DNA of 64,000 nucleotides from Armatimonadota bacterium (GTDB lineage Bacteria; Armatimonadota; SYMT01), in contig JAWLHY010000014.1 in NCBI GenBank assembly GCA_041690135.1, forward strand, positions 171,743 to 235,742, in the 5' to 3' direction. Every line of letters starts with the position of its first letter. Positions within the stretch are counted from its first letter, which is position 1. Made by a program: the position numbers and the translations under genes. This document shows, piece after piece, positions 44,831 to 57,987 of the stretch. Under the pieces are notes generated by a model. The model saw only the letters and a list, made by a program, of their open reading frames with translations. It did no database searches and had not been told where the DNA came from.

Positions 44831-47800
44831 ATGCAAGATCAGACGAAAACCGGCGGACAAGCCGGTCGCGGCGGCGCCTCCCACCCCGCCGTTGAGAGCG
44901 CGCCCACGGCCTTCGTGTCGTTGGATGAGATCGCGCCTTCGCCGAAGCTGGACCTTGAGCGGATCCGCCAGCGCCTGGAAGGCACCCGCGGTCGCGAGTT
45001 CTGGCGCAGCCTGGAAGAGGTGGCCGATACGCCGGAGTTTCGCCGCTATATCGAGCGCGAGTTTCCGCACGCCGCCCCGCGCGACATGCAGCCGCTTAGC
45101 CGCCGCAATTTCCTGCAGTTGATGGGCGCCACCCTGGCGCTGGCCGGGATCAGCGGCTGCGCCTACCAGCCGCCGGAAAAGATTGTTCCGTACATCGAGC
45201 AGCCGGAGTCCGTCGTCCCCGGTAAGCCGAACTACTACGCCACCGCTTTCGACCGCGGCGGCTATGCGATCGGTATCCTGGGTGAGACGCATGTCGGCCG
45301 CCCCACCAAGTTGGAAGGCAACCCGGCCCATCCGGCCAGCCTGGGCGCCACGGACATCTTCACGCAGGCATCCCTGCTGATGCTCTACGATCCCGAGCGC
45401 TCCCGCTCCGCCCGCTACCTCGGGTCGGACCAGACCTGGGAGCAGTTCCAGGCGGCGATCCTGGAGCCGATCCGCGCGGCCCGAGCACGCCGGGGCGCCG
45501 GTGTCTGGCTTCTGATGAGCCCGTCGACGTCTCCCACGCTTGGCGCCCAGCTGCAGCGGTTCCGGCAGCGGTTCCCGGGTGCGCGAGTCCTCGTCCACGA
45601 CGCGGTCTCGCGAGAGAACGTCTACGCCGGCACCCGGATGGCCTTTGGCCAGGAGCTTCAGCCCGTCTACGATTTCGCGCAGGCCCAGCGCATCCTCAGC
45701 CTCGATGCCGATTTCCTGACGAACGAGGTGGCCAACGTCCGTTACGCGCACGACTTCATGCGCGGCCGCCGCGTCCGTGATGGACAGACCGAGATGAACC
45801 GGCTGTACATGGTGGAAGGCACCATGTCGCTCACCGGGGCCAACGCCGATCATCGCCTGGGGGTCGCGCCCAGCCAGGTCGAAGCCGTCGCCCGGGCGAT
45901 CGCGGCGGCCCTGGGGGTCGGCGGCGCCAATCCGGGCGTGCTGCCGGACGGCGTCGCGCAGGAGTGGATCACTGCGGTCGCCAACGATCTTCGGGAGCAT
46001 GGCGGTCGCAGCCTGGTGCTTGCCGGACCGGAGCAGTCGGCCGCTGTGCACGCCCTCGCGCATGCCATCAACGGCGCGGTCGGGGCGGTGGGGCGAACCG
46101 TCACCTACGTAGAGCCCGTGGAGCTGCGCTTCGGCGACAGCAACAACTCCCTCCGGCAGCTCACCGACGCGATCAGCGCCAACCAGGTCGACGCTCTCAT
46201 TATCGTCGGCGCCAACCCGGCCTACACGGCGCCCGCCGACGTTCCCTTCGCCGAGGCGCTGAAGAGCCTCAGCAGCGGTGCCGGCAAGGTCACCGTCCAC
46301 ATGGGGCTCTACGAGGATGAAACCGCGGCGCTCTGCCAGTGGCACCTCCCGCAGTCGCATTATCTGGAAGCCTGGAGCGATGCCCGCGCCTTCGACGGCA
46401 CCGCCAGCATCGTGCAGCCGCTCATTCAGCCACTCTACGCTACGCATTCGGTGCATGAGCTGGTCGCCACTCTGTTGGAAGACGACATCCTGACGGGCCT
46501 CGAGATCGTGCGCGACTACTGGCGCCGGCGCTCGCCGGGGACTAACTTCGACGATCTCTGGTACCAGGCGCTGACCCGCGGCATCGTCCCCAATACGAAG
46601 GCTCCGGCCCGCACCGTGTCCGCCGGCGCGCTCGCGCTGCCTGCTTCGGAAGCCCAGCCGCCGACGGCGCAGGCTGCCGAGATCGCTTTCCGGCCCGACC
46701 CCACCATTTGGGACGGCCAGTGGGCCAACAGCGGCTGGCTGCAGGAACTGCCGAAGCACATCTCCACCCTCACCTGGGACAACGCGGTGATGATGAGCCC
46801 GGAGATGGCCCAGCAACTCGGCCTCACCAAAGAGGACATGGTCGATCTCCGCCTCGGTGACCGCACCCTCCAGGCCGCCGTCTGGACGGTGCCGGGTCAT
46901 CCGAAGAATTCGGTCACCCTCACCCTTGGCTACGGACGCGAGCGGGCGGGCAGGCTCGGCAACGGCTTTGGCTTCAATGCTTACCGGCTCCGCGGCACCG
47001 ACGCCCTCTGGAACGCGTCCGGTCTGCAAATCGTGAAGACCGGACGCCGGTATCCGCTGGCGGGCACGCAGCATCACTTCACCCTCGCTGCCGAGCGCGG
47101 CCTGATCAAGTACGGCACCCTCTCGCAGTTGCTGGAAGATCCGAAGCATCCGCCGTTCCTGCACCAGGAGCATCACGGTGCACCGGAAGATGCCGCCCAG
47201 GACACCGGTAACGATCCGCACGTCGGTACCGAACGTCCCGGTCCGGGACCGGAGCATCCGGATGTCCCGAACACGCTCTACCCGCAGATGTGGCCCTCCG
47301 ACCGGCAGAATCCGCAGGACGCCGGTCCGGGTACCTACACGGCCCAGGGCTACAACAGTCAGCCGATCCCGGCCTGGGGCATGGTAATCGACCTGAATGC
47401 CTGTATCGGGTGTCACGCGTGTACCATTGCCTGCCAGGCGGAGAACAACATCGCCACGGTCGGCAAGGACCAGGTGCTGATGAACCGCGAGATGCACTGG
47501 ATTCGCATCGACCAGTACCACACCGGCACCGTCGAGGATCCGGAGCGCGTGTTCGAGCCGGTGCCCTGCATGCACTGTGAAAAGGCACCCTGCGAGCCGG
47601 TCTGCCCGGTCGAGGCAACCTCGCACAGTGCCGAGGGCATCAACGAGATGACCTACAACCGGTGCATCGGCACCCGTTACTGCTCGAACAACTGCCCCTA
47701 CAAGGTGCGGCGGTTCAACTTCCTGCAGTTCTCGGACCAGCACACACCGAGCATCCAGTTGATGCGCAACCCCGATGTCACGACCCGCTCGCGCGGCGTG

Positions 47801-48214
47801 ATGGAGAAGTGTACCTACTGCATCCAGCGCATCAACCTCGCGCGCATCGAAGCGGAGAAGGAAGAGCGGCGCATCGAGGACGGCGACGTCATCACGGCAT
47901 GCGCGCAGGTCTGTCCCACCGAAGCCATCATTTTCGGGAACATCAACGACGACTACAGCAACCAGGGTCGTGGAAGTCGTGTCCGGCAGTTGAAGGCGGG
48001 CCCGTTCAATTACGGTCTCTTGACGGAGCTGAACACGATGCCGCGCACCACCTACCTGGCCAAACTGCGGAACCCCAACCCGGTGATCGAGCCGGCCGCC
48101 GCCCACGGGGCCGGCGGGCACGGAGCGGCCGGACACGACGCCGGCGGCCACGGGACCGAGAGCCAGGGAGCCGCGGGCGCTCATGGAGCGGCGGGGAATG
48201 AGGAAGGGCACTAA
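44831..48214 (+). CDS. actB: Alternative complex III subunit B (molybdopterin-oxidoreductase-like + Fe-S)
   Basis: FWRSLEE, Tat motif SRRNFL, GRPTKLEGNP.HP, CIGCHAC, CMHCEKAPC, CIGTRYCSNNCPY, KCTYC. Confidence 0.93.
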   Translation: MQDQTKTGGQAGRGGASHPAVESAPTAFVSLDEIAPSPKLDLERIRQRLEGTRGREFWRSLEEVADTPEFRRYIEREFPHAAPRDMQPLSRRNFLQLMGATLALAGISGCAYQPPEKIVPYIEQPESVVPGKPNYYATAFDRGGYAIGILGETHVGRPTKLEGNPAHPASLGATDIFTQASLLMLYDPERSRSARYLGSDQTWEQFQAAILEPIRAARARRGAGVWLLMSPSTSPTLGAQLQRFRQRFPGARVLVHDAVSRENVYAGTRMAFGQELQPVYDFAQAQRILSLDADFLTNEVANVRYAHDFMRGRRVRDGQTEMNRLYMVEGTMSLTGANADHRLGVAPSQVEAVARAIAAALGVGGANPGVLPDGVAQEWITAVANDLREHGGRSLVLAGPEQSAAVHALAHAINGAVGAVGRTVTYVEPVELRFGDSNNSLRQLTDAISANQVDALIIVGANPAYTAPADVPFAEALKSLSSGAGKVTVHMGLYEDETAALCQWHLPQSHYLEAWSDARAFDGTASIVQPLIQPLYATHSVHELVATLLEDDILTGLEIVRDYWRRRSPGTNFDDLWYQALTRGIVPNTKAPARTVSAGALALPASEAQPPTAQAAEIAFRPDPTIWDGQWANSGWLQELPKHISTLTWDNAVMMSPEMAQQLGLTKEDMVDLRLGDRTLQAAVWTVPGHPKNSVTLTLGYGRERAGRLGNGFGFNAYRLRGTDALWNASGLQIVKTGRRYPLAGTQHHFTLAAERGLIKYGTLSQLLEDPKHPPFLHQEHHGAPEDAAQDTGNDPHVGTERPGPGPEHPDVPNTLYPQMWPSDRQNPQDAGPGTYTAQGYNSQPIPAWGMVIDLNACIGCHACTIACQAENNIATVGKDQVLMNREMHWIRIDQYHTGTVEDPERVFEPVPCMHCEKAPCEPVCPVEATSHSAEGINEMTYNRCIGTRYCSNNCPYKVRRFNFLQFSDQHTPSIQLMRNPDVTTRSRGVMEKCTYCIQRINLARIEAEKEERRIEDGDVITACAQVCPTEAIIFGNINDDYSNQGRGSRVRQLKAGPFNYGLLTELNTMPRTTYLAKLRNPNPVIEPAAAHGAGGHGAAGHDAGGHGTESQGAAGAHGAAGNEEGH

Positions 48215-48216
48215 GA

Positions 48217-49629
<1,413 letters not shown>

Positions 49630-49635
49630 TTTACG

Positions 49636-50223
49636 ATGGACTCAGGTGTCTCTGCGGTACATCACACATCCACGGGCGAACTGGAGCGCACGCTGCTCTT
49701 CGGCCTCAGCGCCGAGTTCGACGACGCGCATGCCGTCATCTCGGCGGCCGAGAAGACGCATGCGGCGGGCTACACGAAGATGGATGCCTATGCACCCTTC
49801 CCGGTGGAAGGGTTATCGGAAGCCCTCGGCCATCGTGACAAGTACATCCCGCAAATGATGCTGGTGGGCGGCTTCATCGGCGCCCTTGCCGGTTTCGGAC
49901 TGCAGTATTGGGCCACGGTGCTGGAGTATCCGCTCAACATCGGCGGCCGGCCGCTTTTCGCCTGGCCGTCCTGGATACCGATCACCTTCGAGCTGACGGT
50001 CCTCTTCGCCGCCTTGACCGGCATCTTCGGGATGTTCGTCCTCAACGGGCTGCCCCAGCCGTACCACCCGATGTTCGATGCGCCCCATTTCGACCGCGCG
50101 AGCAGTGACCGCTTCTTCCTGGTGATTGAAGCGACGGATCCGAAGTTCGATCGGGAGGAAACCCGGCGTTTCCTGGAGTCGCTCGGCGCGCTCAACGTGG
50201 CCGAGGTCGAGCTGAAGAAATAG
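49636..50223 (+). CDS. actD: Alternative complex III subunit D (DUF3341)
   Basis: DAYAPFPVEGL, YPLNIGGRP, PITFELTVLFAA. Confidence 0.92.
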   Translation: MDSGVSAVHHTSTGELERTLLFGLSAEFDDAHAVISAAEKTHAAGYTKMDAYAPFPVEGLSEALGHRDKYIPQMMLVGGFIGALAGFGLQYWATVLEYPLNIGGRPLFAWPSWIPITFELTVLFAALTGIFGMFVLNGLPQPYHPMFDAPHFDRASSDRFFLVIEATDPKFDREETRRFLESLGALNVAEVELKK

Positions 50224-50234
50224 ACGAGGCCAGA

Positions 50235-51056
50235 GTGCGGAACCTACGAGTAACAACCGAAACCGCAATGCATGCGCGAAGTCGAGCCCGGCGGGCCTCC
50301 GGCCTTGGATGGCTGCTGCTGACCCTCGTCGTCGCTCCCGGATGCACCCGGGATGGGCGCTTCCAGGCGGTCAGCATGTGGAACGAGTCGCGCCTGAAGC
50401 CCTACGAAGGCAGTCCCATGCCGGGCGAAATCTCCGTCGTGCGCGTACCGCCTCCCGGCGCCATCGCGCAGGGTGAGCCGAACCCCGCCTCTCCCATGGT
50501 CACGGGCCGGCAGGGGAACCAGTTGGTGACGAGTTCCCCGGTTCCGGTGAATGCCCAAACGCTGGCGCGCGGCCAGGAGCGGTACAACATTTACTGTGCT
50601 CCTTGCCACAGCCGCACCGGTAACGGTGAGGGCATGATCGTGCAGCGCGGCTTTCCGCCGCCGCCCGACTATGCCCTGGTCCGGCTCAAGCGAGCGCCGT
50701 TGGGCCACTTCTACGACGTGATCACGAACGGCTACGGCGTAATGTACAGCTACGCGCATTCGGTGCCCGTGGCGGACCGTTGGGCCATTGCCAACTACAT
50801 CCGCGTGCTCCAGTCCCGGCGCCCGGACGTGACACAGGACGTTGGCCAGGCCGCCCGAGAACGGGCCCGGCAGCGTGGCATCCAGGACCCCAGCCGCCCG
50901 CTGCGGACACCCGAGCCGGGAGCGGCCGAACACGGCGCTCCCTCGCAGCACACGCCCGAGTCCCCGGCGGTTCCCGCGCCCACCCTGCCCCAGGGTGGCG
51001 GTACGGAGATCGAGGACCCGATCGCCCCCGGCGGTCCCAGTCCGGGAGCCGGCTGA
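50235..51056 (+). CDS. actE: Alternative complex III subunit E, monoheme cytochrome c lipoprotein
   Basis: Lipobox-like APGC, RGQERYNIYCAPCH, ITNGYGVM, DRWAIANYIR. Confidence 0.9.
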   Translation: MRNLRVTTETAMHARSRARRASGLGWLLLTLVVAPGCTRDGRFQAVSMWNESRLKPYEGSPMPGEISVVRVPPPGAIAQGEPNPASPMVTGRQGNQLVTSSPVPVNAQTLARGQERYNIYCAPCHSRTGNGEGMIVQRGFPPPPDYALVRLKRAPLGHFYDVITNGYGVMYSYAHSVPVADRWAIANYIRVLQSRRPDVTQDVGQAARERARQRGIQDPSRPLRTPEPGAAEHGAPSQHTPESPAVPAPTLPQGGGTEIEDPIAPGGPSPGAG

Positions 51057-51134
51057 TGTACTGGGTCCGTTCCGCGCGCCGGGTTCCCCACGCGCCCTAC
51101 GATTTACGCAACACGATGAACGAGAAGGCGACCC

Positions 51135-52385
51135 GTGGATAACAACGCACTTCGCCAAACAACGACACAAGTGATGGGACCGCAAATCCAGCGTTTCCAG
51201 GGACTGGCTCTCATCGCCATGGCGGTGGGCGCCGTCCTCGGAATCGTCGGATTCGTGATGGGAGGTGCCGACGGCCTCTTCCCGTCCTACCTGTTCGCCT
51301 ACTTCTTCTGGACCGGCATCACGCTTGGCTCGCTCGGCCTTTTGATGCTGCACCACACCGTCGGCGGTGGCTGGGGCTACATCATCCGGCGCTTCCTGGA
51401 GACGGCGGCCTCCCCGACGATGCTCGGCCTGATGGCGGTCCTCTTCCTGCCGATGTTCGCCTCCTTTGCGATGGAGACCCTCTGGGCCAATCCCAAGGGA
51501 TGGTTCGGCCCGCAGGCGGACGCGAACCATCACGTGCAGACGAAGGCGGCTTATTTGAACCTGCCGTTCTTCGCCGCGCGCACCGTGGCTTACTTCATCA
51601 TCTGGGGCGTCTTCGCCAGTGCGCTCACGAAGCTGGGCGCCACCCAGTATGAGCGCTCCGATCGAGAGATATCCAACCGGCTCAACTACTGGGGCGGCTG
51701 GGGCATCCTGTTTCTGGTGCTCACGGTCACCTTCATGTCCGTAGACTGGGTGATGTCGCTCACCGCCACCTGGATGTCCTCCATCTTCGGCTTGCTGGCG
51801 GTCGCGTCAATGGCCCTCTCGACCCTGGCGCTGTATCTCTTCCTGCTGCCGAAGCTGGCCCCTAACCAGCCGGTGGTGGAGGGCGTTCCTTCCGGCTATT
51901 TCCGCGACCTGGGCAACCTGACGCTGGCGACGGTGCTGCTCTGGGCTTATATGTCCTTCTCGCAGTACCTCATCACGTTTTCCGGCAATACTCAGGAAGA
52001 GGTGATCTGGTACGTCGATCGCAAGATAGGCGGTTGGGGGGTGATCTCCCTCTCCCTGGTACCACTGCACTTCGCCCTGCCCTTCCTGGTACTGCTCATC
52101 GGCGACAAGGTGAAGCGCAGCCCGCAGCGGCTGGCCACGATTGCCGGGTGGATCATCTTCATGCGGTTCGTCGATCTCTGGTGGATCGTGGTGCCGACGT
52201 TCCGCCCTACCCTGAGTTTCAGCCTGGCTGACCTCGGCGCGCCGCTGTTCATCGGCGGCATCTGGATGTGGGTCTGGCTCCAACAGTTGAAGGACAAGCC
52301 CATCGTGGCGCTCCACGACCCGCGCTTGCAGGAGGCGCTTGCGCATCCTGCCGCTCCCGGACACGAGGTGGCTGCACATGGCTAG
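51135..52385 (+). CDS. actF: Alternative complex III subunit F (membrane)
   Basis: Multi-TM. DWVMSL..W.SSIFG, DLGNL..W.Y..FSQY. Confidence 0.88.
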   Translation: MDNNALRQTTTQVMGPQIQRFQGLALIAMAVGAVLGIVGFVMGGADGLFPSYLFAYFFWTGITLGSLGLLMLHHTVGGGWGYIIRRFLETAASPTMLGLMAVLFLPMFASFAMETLWANPKGWFGPQADANHHVQTKAAYLNLPFFAARTVAYFIIWGVFASALTKLGATQYERSDREISNRLNYWGGWGILFLVLTVTFMSVDWVMSLTATWMSSIFGLLAVASMALSTLALYLFLLPKLAPNQPVVEGVPSGYFRDLGNLTLATVLLWAYMSFSQYLITFSGNTQEEVIWYVDRKIGGWGVISLSLVPLHFALPFLVLLIGDKVKRSPQRLATIAGWIIFMRFVDLWWIVVPTFRPTLSFSLADLGAPLFIGGIWMWVWLQQLKDKPIVALHDPRLQEALAHPAAPGHEVAAHG

Positions 52386-53016
52386 ACGCAGTGGAAACAG
52401 GGGCGGCCATCAGCCCGCCCAGCATCAGGAACCTCGCCGCACCGATGCCGGCTACGTCGATCCGCACCTGCAGGACGACGATCATGCGGAGCCTCCGGTA
52501 CGCACCACTCCACAGGGGACCCAGTTCTATGGCGTGGAGCACGGTCACGAAGACCGCGACGTCAACGTTCCGGTGCTGGTCCGCTGGTTCTTCTACGTGG
52601 CCGCGCTCTCCATCGGCGCCAGTGTCGTCCTCATCTTTGGGATGCAGTTGTTGATGGCGCGCGAGCGGGCCACGATGGCGCCGCCTTCGGCTCTCCGGCA
52701 GATCCAGGTAGACCCGCCCATGCCGCGCCTCATCCCCAATCCCACGGATGAGCGGGGCCGGGAAGGCCTGCCGCATGTCGGACCTATCGAGTACCACGTC
52801 GCCTTCAAGCAGGCAGAGAACGAACAACTGCAGGCTCTCGGGCTGTACGACACCGAGTCCAATTTGATGGTGCTTCCGGAGAATGCCGCGCAAGCCGTTC
52901 AAAACTTGAATGGCGGTGCGGTGTCTCCGACCGGCGCGGCGGCCGGGGATCAGATCGAGTGGATTATGCCGTCCGATGCAAGCGGCGGCCTGGGCAACGA
53001 AGATAGGCTGCGATGA
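52378..53016 (+). CDS. ActG-like single-TM subunit
   Basis: HEDRDV + TM + PPMPRL. Lies between actF and SCO. Confidence 0.6.
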   Translation: MARRSGNRGGHQPAQHQEPRRTDAGYVDPHLQDDDHAEPPVRTTPQGTQFYGVEHGHEDRDVNVPVLVRWFFYVAALSIGASVVLIFGMQLLMARERATMAPPSALRQIQVDPPMPRLIPNPTDERGREGLPHVGPIEYHVAFKQAENEQLQALGLYDTESNLMVLPENAAQAVQNLNGGAVSPTGAAAGDQIEWIMPSDASGGLGNEDRLR

Positions 53017-53921
53017 TGTTCTGGTCGCTGCGATCTCTGGCTATCGGCATGCGGTCCGCCCGTAAGGCGCACCCGGCTACCTGGGCGGCGGCCGGATTCC
53101 TGGCGCTGGCCGTCCTGGTGGGTGGCACCGCGCCGTCCGCGGCCCAGAGCTATCGTGCGCCTGGCCCTCCGGGAGCCGCAGCGGATCCGATCGACGAACA
53201 ACTGAAAAAGGTCCGGCTTCAGCAGAAACTGAATAACATCGTTCCATCGGACATCGCGTTCCGGGATGAGCACGGCAACGCCGTCACGGTCGGCAGCTAT
53301 CTTGGGAGGAAGCCCGTAGCGCTCGTCCTGATCCAGTTTCAGTGCACCATGCTCTGCACGCAGCAGCTCAACGTGATGCTCCAGAGCATGCGCGACCTGA
53401 AGTTCACGCCGGGCAAGGAATTCGACCTGGTGATTGTCTCCATCGATCCCCGGGAAGGTCCCAAGCTCGCCACGGAGCAGAAGCTGAACTATCTGGAACA
53501 GTACGGCCGACCCGAAGCCGAAGCCGGCTGGCACTGGCTCACCGGTTCCAAAGAGAACATTGACCGGCTCGCCGATGCGGTGGGATACCACTACGTCTAC
53601 GACCCGCGCTCGGACCAGTATGCCCACCCGGACGGCATTATCCTGCTGACGCCGGAGGGCAAGGTGGCGCGCTACTTCTTCCGGCTGGAATATCCACCGC
53701 AGGGCTTGCGGTTGGGACTCGTGGAAGCTTCCCAGGGCAAAATCGGCAGCCCGGTGGATATCATCGCCCTGCTCTGCTATCACTACAATCCGGTGACCGG
53801 AAAGTACGCCCTCGCGGTGATGAAGATCTTGCGCCTGATGGCCATCGCGACCGTGATGGGAATGGCCGTGGGTGTACTGATCATGAAGCGGCGGGACCAT
53901 TTGAGCCGGCGCCAGGCCTAG
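53013..53921 (+). CDS. SCO family copper chaperone
   Basis: CTMLC motif, VSIDP, WHWLTG, YAHP, C-terminal TM. Confidence 0.9.
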   Translation: MMFWSLRSLAIGMRSARKAHPATWAAAGFLALAVLVGGTAPSAAQSYRAPGPPGAAADPIDEQLKKVRLQQKLNNIVPSDIAFRDEHGNAVTVGSYLGRKPVALVLIQFQCTMLCTQQLNVMLQSMRDLKFTPGKEFDLVIVSIDPREGPKLATEQKLNYLEQYGRPEAEAGWHWLTGSKENIDRLADAVGYHYVYDPRSDQYAHPDGIILLTPEGKVARYFFRLEYPPQGLRLGLVEASQGKIGSPVDIIALLCYHYNPVTGKYALAVMKILRLMAIATVMGMAVGVLIMKRRDHLSRRQA

Positions 53922-53964
53922 CCGCCGGCGCCACTGGCTGAACAGGTAAGAGGAGAGAATCGCC

Positions 53965-55131
53965 GTGGGCGATGCAAAAACAACGGGGGCACAGGCCTCG
54001 ACCATAGCGCCGGAGATGGACTTGTTGTATCTGGCCATCACCGGGGTGGCGGTCTTCTTCACGATCGGCATCTTCATCGCCGTGGCCTTCCTGGCGGTGA
54101 AATACCGACGGGGTGCGAAGGTCGACCGCTCGCGGCCTCCCCAGTACAATCACCTGGTAGAGTTCATGTGGACCGTGATCCCGCTCGGCATCGCCATGGG
54201 GATCTTCGTGTGGTCAGCCAGCCTCTACTTCCGCGCTGTCCGCATCCCCCCCGGCGCGATGGATATCCACGTCGTCGGCAAGCAGTGGATGTGGAAGATG
54301 CAGCATCCGAATGGTCGCTGGGAGAACAACGAACTGCACATCCCGGTGGGGCGCCCGATCCAGTTGACGATGACCTCGGAAGACGTGATCCACAGCTTCT
54401 ATGTGCCGGCCTTCCGCTTGAAGCAGGACGTGGTTCCCGGGCAGTTCACCAAGATGTGGTTCACGCCAACGCAGCCGGGAACTTACCATCTCTACTGCGC
54501 GGAGTTCTGCGGCACCTTGCACAGCCAGATGGTGGGAACGGTCTACGTGATGGATCCCGCCGATTACGAGCGGTGGCTGGCTGAGGGACCCGGCCAGGAA
54601 ACGGTCGCGGCCGCCGGCGCGCGACTCTTCCGGAAGCACGGGTGTAGTGGGTGCCACGCTCCGAACTCCGCGGTCCGCGCGCCGCTGCTGGAAGGCAAGT
54701 TCGGCAGGCCGGTGGCTATCCAGCGTCCCCGGGCGGGGGTGCCGCTGGAGCAGGTCCAGGCGGAAACAATCGTGATGGACCAGCGCTACATCCATGACTC
54801 GATCGTGCTGCCGGAACAGGAAGTGGCGGCGGGTTTCCGGCCGATCATGCCGTCTTACAAGAACCGCATCTCGGAAGAGGAGATCTTCCAGATCGTGCAT
54901 TACATCAAGTCCCTGGGCGCCGCAAGCCAGCCGCAGACCGGCGGCACGCGCCAGGACAACACGAATCGCCTTACCCGCGAGGACTACGAGGCCCGCACCG
55001 GCTTTGTGCCTTCGAATATGGATCGGATTACCGGCGGTGGACGCACTGGAAACGCGGCGAACGGCGCGGGCCGGACGAGTGGCGGAGCGAACGGAAACGC
55101 TGGTGGCAGTACTGAAAGGATGACGCGATGA
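53965..55131 (+). CDS. ctaC: Cytochrome c oxidase subunit II with fused cytochrome c (caa3)
   Basis: DVIHSF, CuA motif [13 protein letters not shown]-terminal CSGCH...MP. Confidence 0.95.
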   Translation: MGDAKTTGAQASTIAPEMDLLYLAITGVAVFFTIGIFIAVAFLAVKYRRGAKVDRSRPPQYNHLVEFMWTVIPLGIAMGIFVWSASLYFRAVRIPPGAMDIHVVGKQWMWKMQHPNGRWENNELHIPVGRPIQLTMTSEDVIHSFYVPAFRLKQDVVPGQFTKMWFTPTQPGTYHLYCAEFCGTLHSQMVGTVYVMDPADYERWLAEGPGQETVAAAGARLFRKHGCSGCHAPNSAVRAPLLEGKFGRPVAIQRPRAGVPLEQVQAETIVMDQRYIHDSIVLPEQEVAAGFRPIMPSYKNRISEEEIFQIVHYIKSLGAASQPQTGGTRQDNTNRLTREDYEARTGFVPSNMDRITGGGRTGNAANGAGRTSGGANGNAGGSTERMTR

Positions 55132-56894
55132 GCGACGCGACCATCGCACAATCAGGCGGGGTGGCGCCGGTAACGCAAGATGGGAAGTTGGCGATCCCGC
55201 GGGAACACTACCTGAATGTCGAGTACGGCTGGAAGTCCTGGCTTTTCACGCTGGACCACAAGCGGATCGCCATTTTGTATCTCGTGTCGATCACGATCAT
55301 GTTCGCGGCCGGCGGGCTGGCGGCATTCATGGTGCGCCTGCACCTGATGCAGCCGGAAGGCATGCTGTTCCGGGCACAGACCTACAACAAGATGTTCTCG
55401 GCGCACGGGATCATCATGGTGTTCTTCTTCCTGATCCCGTCGATCCCGGCGGTCTTCGGCAACTTCCTGGTGCCGATGATGATCGGCGCGAGGGACCTCG
55501 CCTTTCCCAAGCTCAACCTGCTGAGCTGGTATCTGTACGTGATCGGCGCGGCTCTCGGCATCGCCGCGCTCACCCTGGGCGGGGTCGACACGGGCTGGAC
55601 CTTCTACGCCCCCTTGAGCACCCAGTACTCGTATGGGCAGGTGTCGCTCACGATCGCCGGAGCCTTCATCGCTGGCTTCTCTTCGATCTTGACGGGTCTC
55701 AACTTCATCGTGACGATCCACAAGATGCGGGCGCCGGGCCTGACCTGGTTCCGCTTGCCGCTCTTCATCTGGAGCCACTACGCGACCAGTCTTATCCAGA
55801 TTCTGGGCACGCCGGTCCTGGCGATCACGCTGCTGGCGCTGGCAGTCGAGCGCGGGTTCCACGTTGGGATCTTCGACCCGAAGCTGGGCGGCGACCCGGT
55901 GTTGATGCAGCACCTCTTCTGGTTCTACTCGCACCCGGCCGTCTACATCATGATCTTGCCCAGCTTCGCCGTGGTGAGCGAGATCATCGCCTGCTTCTCA
56001 CGAAAGCCGATCTTCGGGTACAAGTTCGTGGCGGCGGCCAGCCTCGCCATTGCGGTCATTGGCTTCCTGGTGTGGGGACACCACATGTTCACCACTACCC
56101 AGTCGCCCTACGCCGGCATGGTCTTCTCCCTGTTGAGCTTCCTGGTGGCTATCCCCTCGGCCATCAAGGTGTTCAACTGGACGGCCACCCTGTACAAAGG
56201 CTCGATCCGCCTCACCACCCCGATGCTTTATGCGCTCGGGTTCATCGGCCTCTTCACGATCGGCGGTTTGACGGGGCTCCACCTGGCCGCGCTCGCGGTT
56301 GACCTGCACGTCCACGATACCTACTTCGTCGTCGCGCACTTCCACTACATCATGGTGGGTGGCGCATTGATGGGGTACATGGGAGCGATGCACTTCTGGT
56401 GGCCGAAGATGACCGGCCGGATGTATCCCGAGAACTGGGGACGTACAGCGGCCATCGTGCTGTTCGTTGGGTTCAACCTGACCTTCTTCCCGCAGTTCAT
56501 CATGGGCTACCAGGGGATGCCGCGGCGATATGCCACTTATGCCGAGGAGTACCAGCTCTGGCACATCCTCTCCACGGCGGGTTCCACGGTGATGGGATTT
56601 GGGTTTCTGTTCCCCTTCACCTACCTCCTCTGGTCGCTGAAGGCGGGGCCTATCGCCGGGCCCAATCCGTTCCGCGCTACCGGGCTCGAATGGCAGACGC
56701 AATCGCCGCCTACCACGTTCAACTTCGAACGGACGCCGATCGTCACGCACGGACCCTACCTGTATTCGCCGGAAGCGGATGAGATCCTCGACGCGGAGGC
56801 GGATCTACGTAGAGCAGAACTAGAATTAGAGTTGACGCGGTCTGAGATAGCCGCGCACAACCGTCCCGAAGGAGAGGCCACCAGTGGTGTCTGA
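55128..56894 (+). CDS. ctaD: Cytochrome c oxidase subunit I, A2 type
   Basis: [14 protein letters not shown] (YS, A2), [22 protein letters not shown]. Confidence 0.96.
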   Translation: MSDATIAQSGGVAPVTQDGKLAIPREHYLNVEYGWKSWLFTLDHKRIAILYLVSITIMFAAGGLAAFMVRLHLMQPEGMLFRAQTYNKMFSAHGIIMVFFFLIPSIPAVFGNFLVPMMIGARDLAFPKLNLLSWYLYVIGAALGIAALTLGGVDTGWTFYAPLSTQYSYGQVSLTIAGAFIAGFSSILTGLNFIVTIHKMRAPGLTWFRLPLFIWSHYATSLIQILGTPVLAITLLALAVERGFHVGIFDPKLGGDPVLMQHLFWFYSHPAVYIMILPSFAVVSEIIACFSRKPIFGYKFVAAASLAIAVIGFLVWGHHMFTTTQSPYAGMVFSLLSFLVAIPSAIKVFNWTATLYKGSIRLTTPMLYALGFIGLFTIGGLTGLHLAALAVDLHVHDTYFVVAHFHYIMVGGALMGYMGAMHFWWPKMTGRMYPENWGRTAAIVLFVGFNLTFFPQFIMGYQGMPRRYATYAEEYQLWHILSTAGSTVMGFGFLFPFTYLLWSLKAGPIAGPNPFRATGLEWQTQSPPTTFNFERTPIVTHGPYLYSPEADEILDAEADLRRAELELELTRSEIAAHNRPEGEATSGV

Positions 56895-57618
56895 CGCACA
56901 CGCGCACGGCGCGGGCCATCACGGTCACGGGCTGGTGCAGCACCAGTTCGATGACATGCCGCAGCAGCGGGAGAGCTTCACGCTTGGGATGTGGCTCTTC
57001 CTCGCTACGGAAATCATGATGTTCGGCGGCCTCTTCTTCGCCTACAGCTTCTACCGCTGGAAGCTGCCCGGCGCATTCAACGAAGGGGCGAGCCACCTCG
57101 TCCAGCTCTGGGGTACCGGCAACACCTTCGTGCTACTCTTCAGTAGTCTCACGATGGCGATGGCGGTCCACGCCGCGGCGATCAAGAACAAGCAGAAGTT
57201 GGTGATGTGGCTCGGCATCACGTTCGTTCTGGGCCTGGTCTTCCTCGGCGTTAAGGCGATCGAGTGGGGCACGGATTACCAGGAGGGGCTCATCCCCGGC
57301 GTCCGCTGGAACTACTATGACCACCACCACGAGGCCGCGCAGCACCTGGCGGAGCAGAACATCGGCGTCCACGACGTAATGATGTTCTTCGTGGTCTACT
57401 TCTGCATGACCGGCCTGCACGCGATCCACATGATCATCGGCCTGGGCCTGGTGGCGTACTTCATGTTCCTCGGGGGCAAGGGGCACTTCACGAACGGGAA
57501 CGACCAGCCGGTGGAGATCCTCGGTCTCTACTGGCACCTGGTCGACATCATCTGGATCTTCCTGTTCCCGCTGCTGTATCTGATCCCCGGATTGAATCTG
57601 TTCAAGGGAGGTCACTGA
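56884..57618 (+). CDS. ctaE: Cytochrome c oxidase subunit III
   Basis: [34 protein letters not shown]. Confidence 0.93.
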   Translation: MVSDAHAHGAGHHGHGLVQHQFDDMPQQRESFTLGMWLFLATEIMMFGGLFFAYSFYRWKLPGAFNEGASHLVQLWGTGNTFVLLFSSLTMAMAVHAAAIKNKQKLVMWLGITFVLGLVFLGVKAIEWGTDYQEGLIPGVRWNYYDHHHEAAQHLAEQNIGVHDVMMFFVVYFCMTGLHAIHMIIGLGLVAYFMFLGGKGHFTNGNDQPVEILGLYWHLVDIIWIFLFPLLYLIPGLNLFKGGH

Positions 57619-57974
57619 TGGCGAACGCGCACGTGGGGCACGGCGCGCACGACCACGCGCCCGGCGAGCATGATGCCGGACATCACATCATCGAGCCGCC
57701 GACGTACTACAAAGTCTTCGGCATCTTGATGATCTTGCTGATCGTCACGCTGGCCGCGGCGGCGATCGATCTGGGACCGCTGAACCTGCCGATCGCGATG
57801 CTCATCGCCATCGTGAAGGCAGGCGTGGTGATGGCCTACTTCATGCACTTGAAGTTCAACAGCGCCCTCGTTCGCCTCTTCGCATTCGCCGGGGTGGCGT
57901 GGTTGATGATCCTGTTCCACCTGACCCTCAACGATTACGTCTCGCGCCCCTGGCTGCAGACGCCGGGTCAGTAG
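57618..57974 (+). CDS. ctaF: Cytochrome c oxidase subunit IV
   Basis: IAIVKA..V..YFMHLK, 3 TM. Confidence 0.9.
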   Translation: MANAHVGHGAHDHAPGEHDAGHHIIEPPTYYKVFGILMILLIVTLAAAAIDLGPLNLPIAMLIAIVKAGVVMAYFMHLKFNSALVRLFAFAGVAWLMILFHLTLNDYVSRPWLQTPGQ

Positions 57975-57987
57975 ACCGTAAGGTAGC

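Noticed and set aside
44810-48211. 1133-aa antisense ORF (and similar long antisense ORFs at 8999-10666, 12201-14414, 34285-36546)
   Set aside because: Shadow ORFs of well-supported plus-strand genes in high-GC DNA, with no recognisable motifs.
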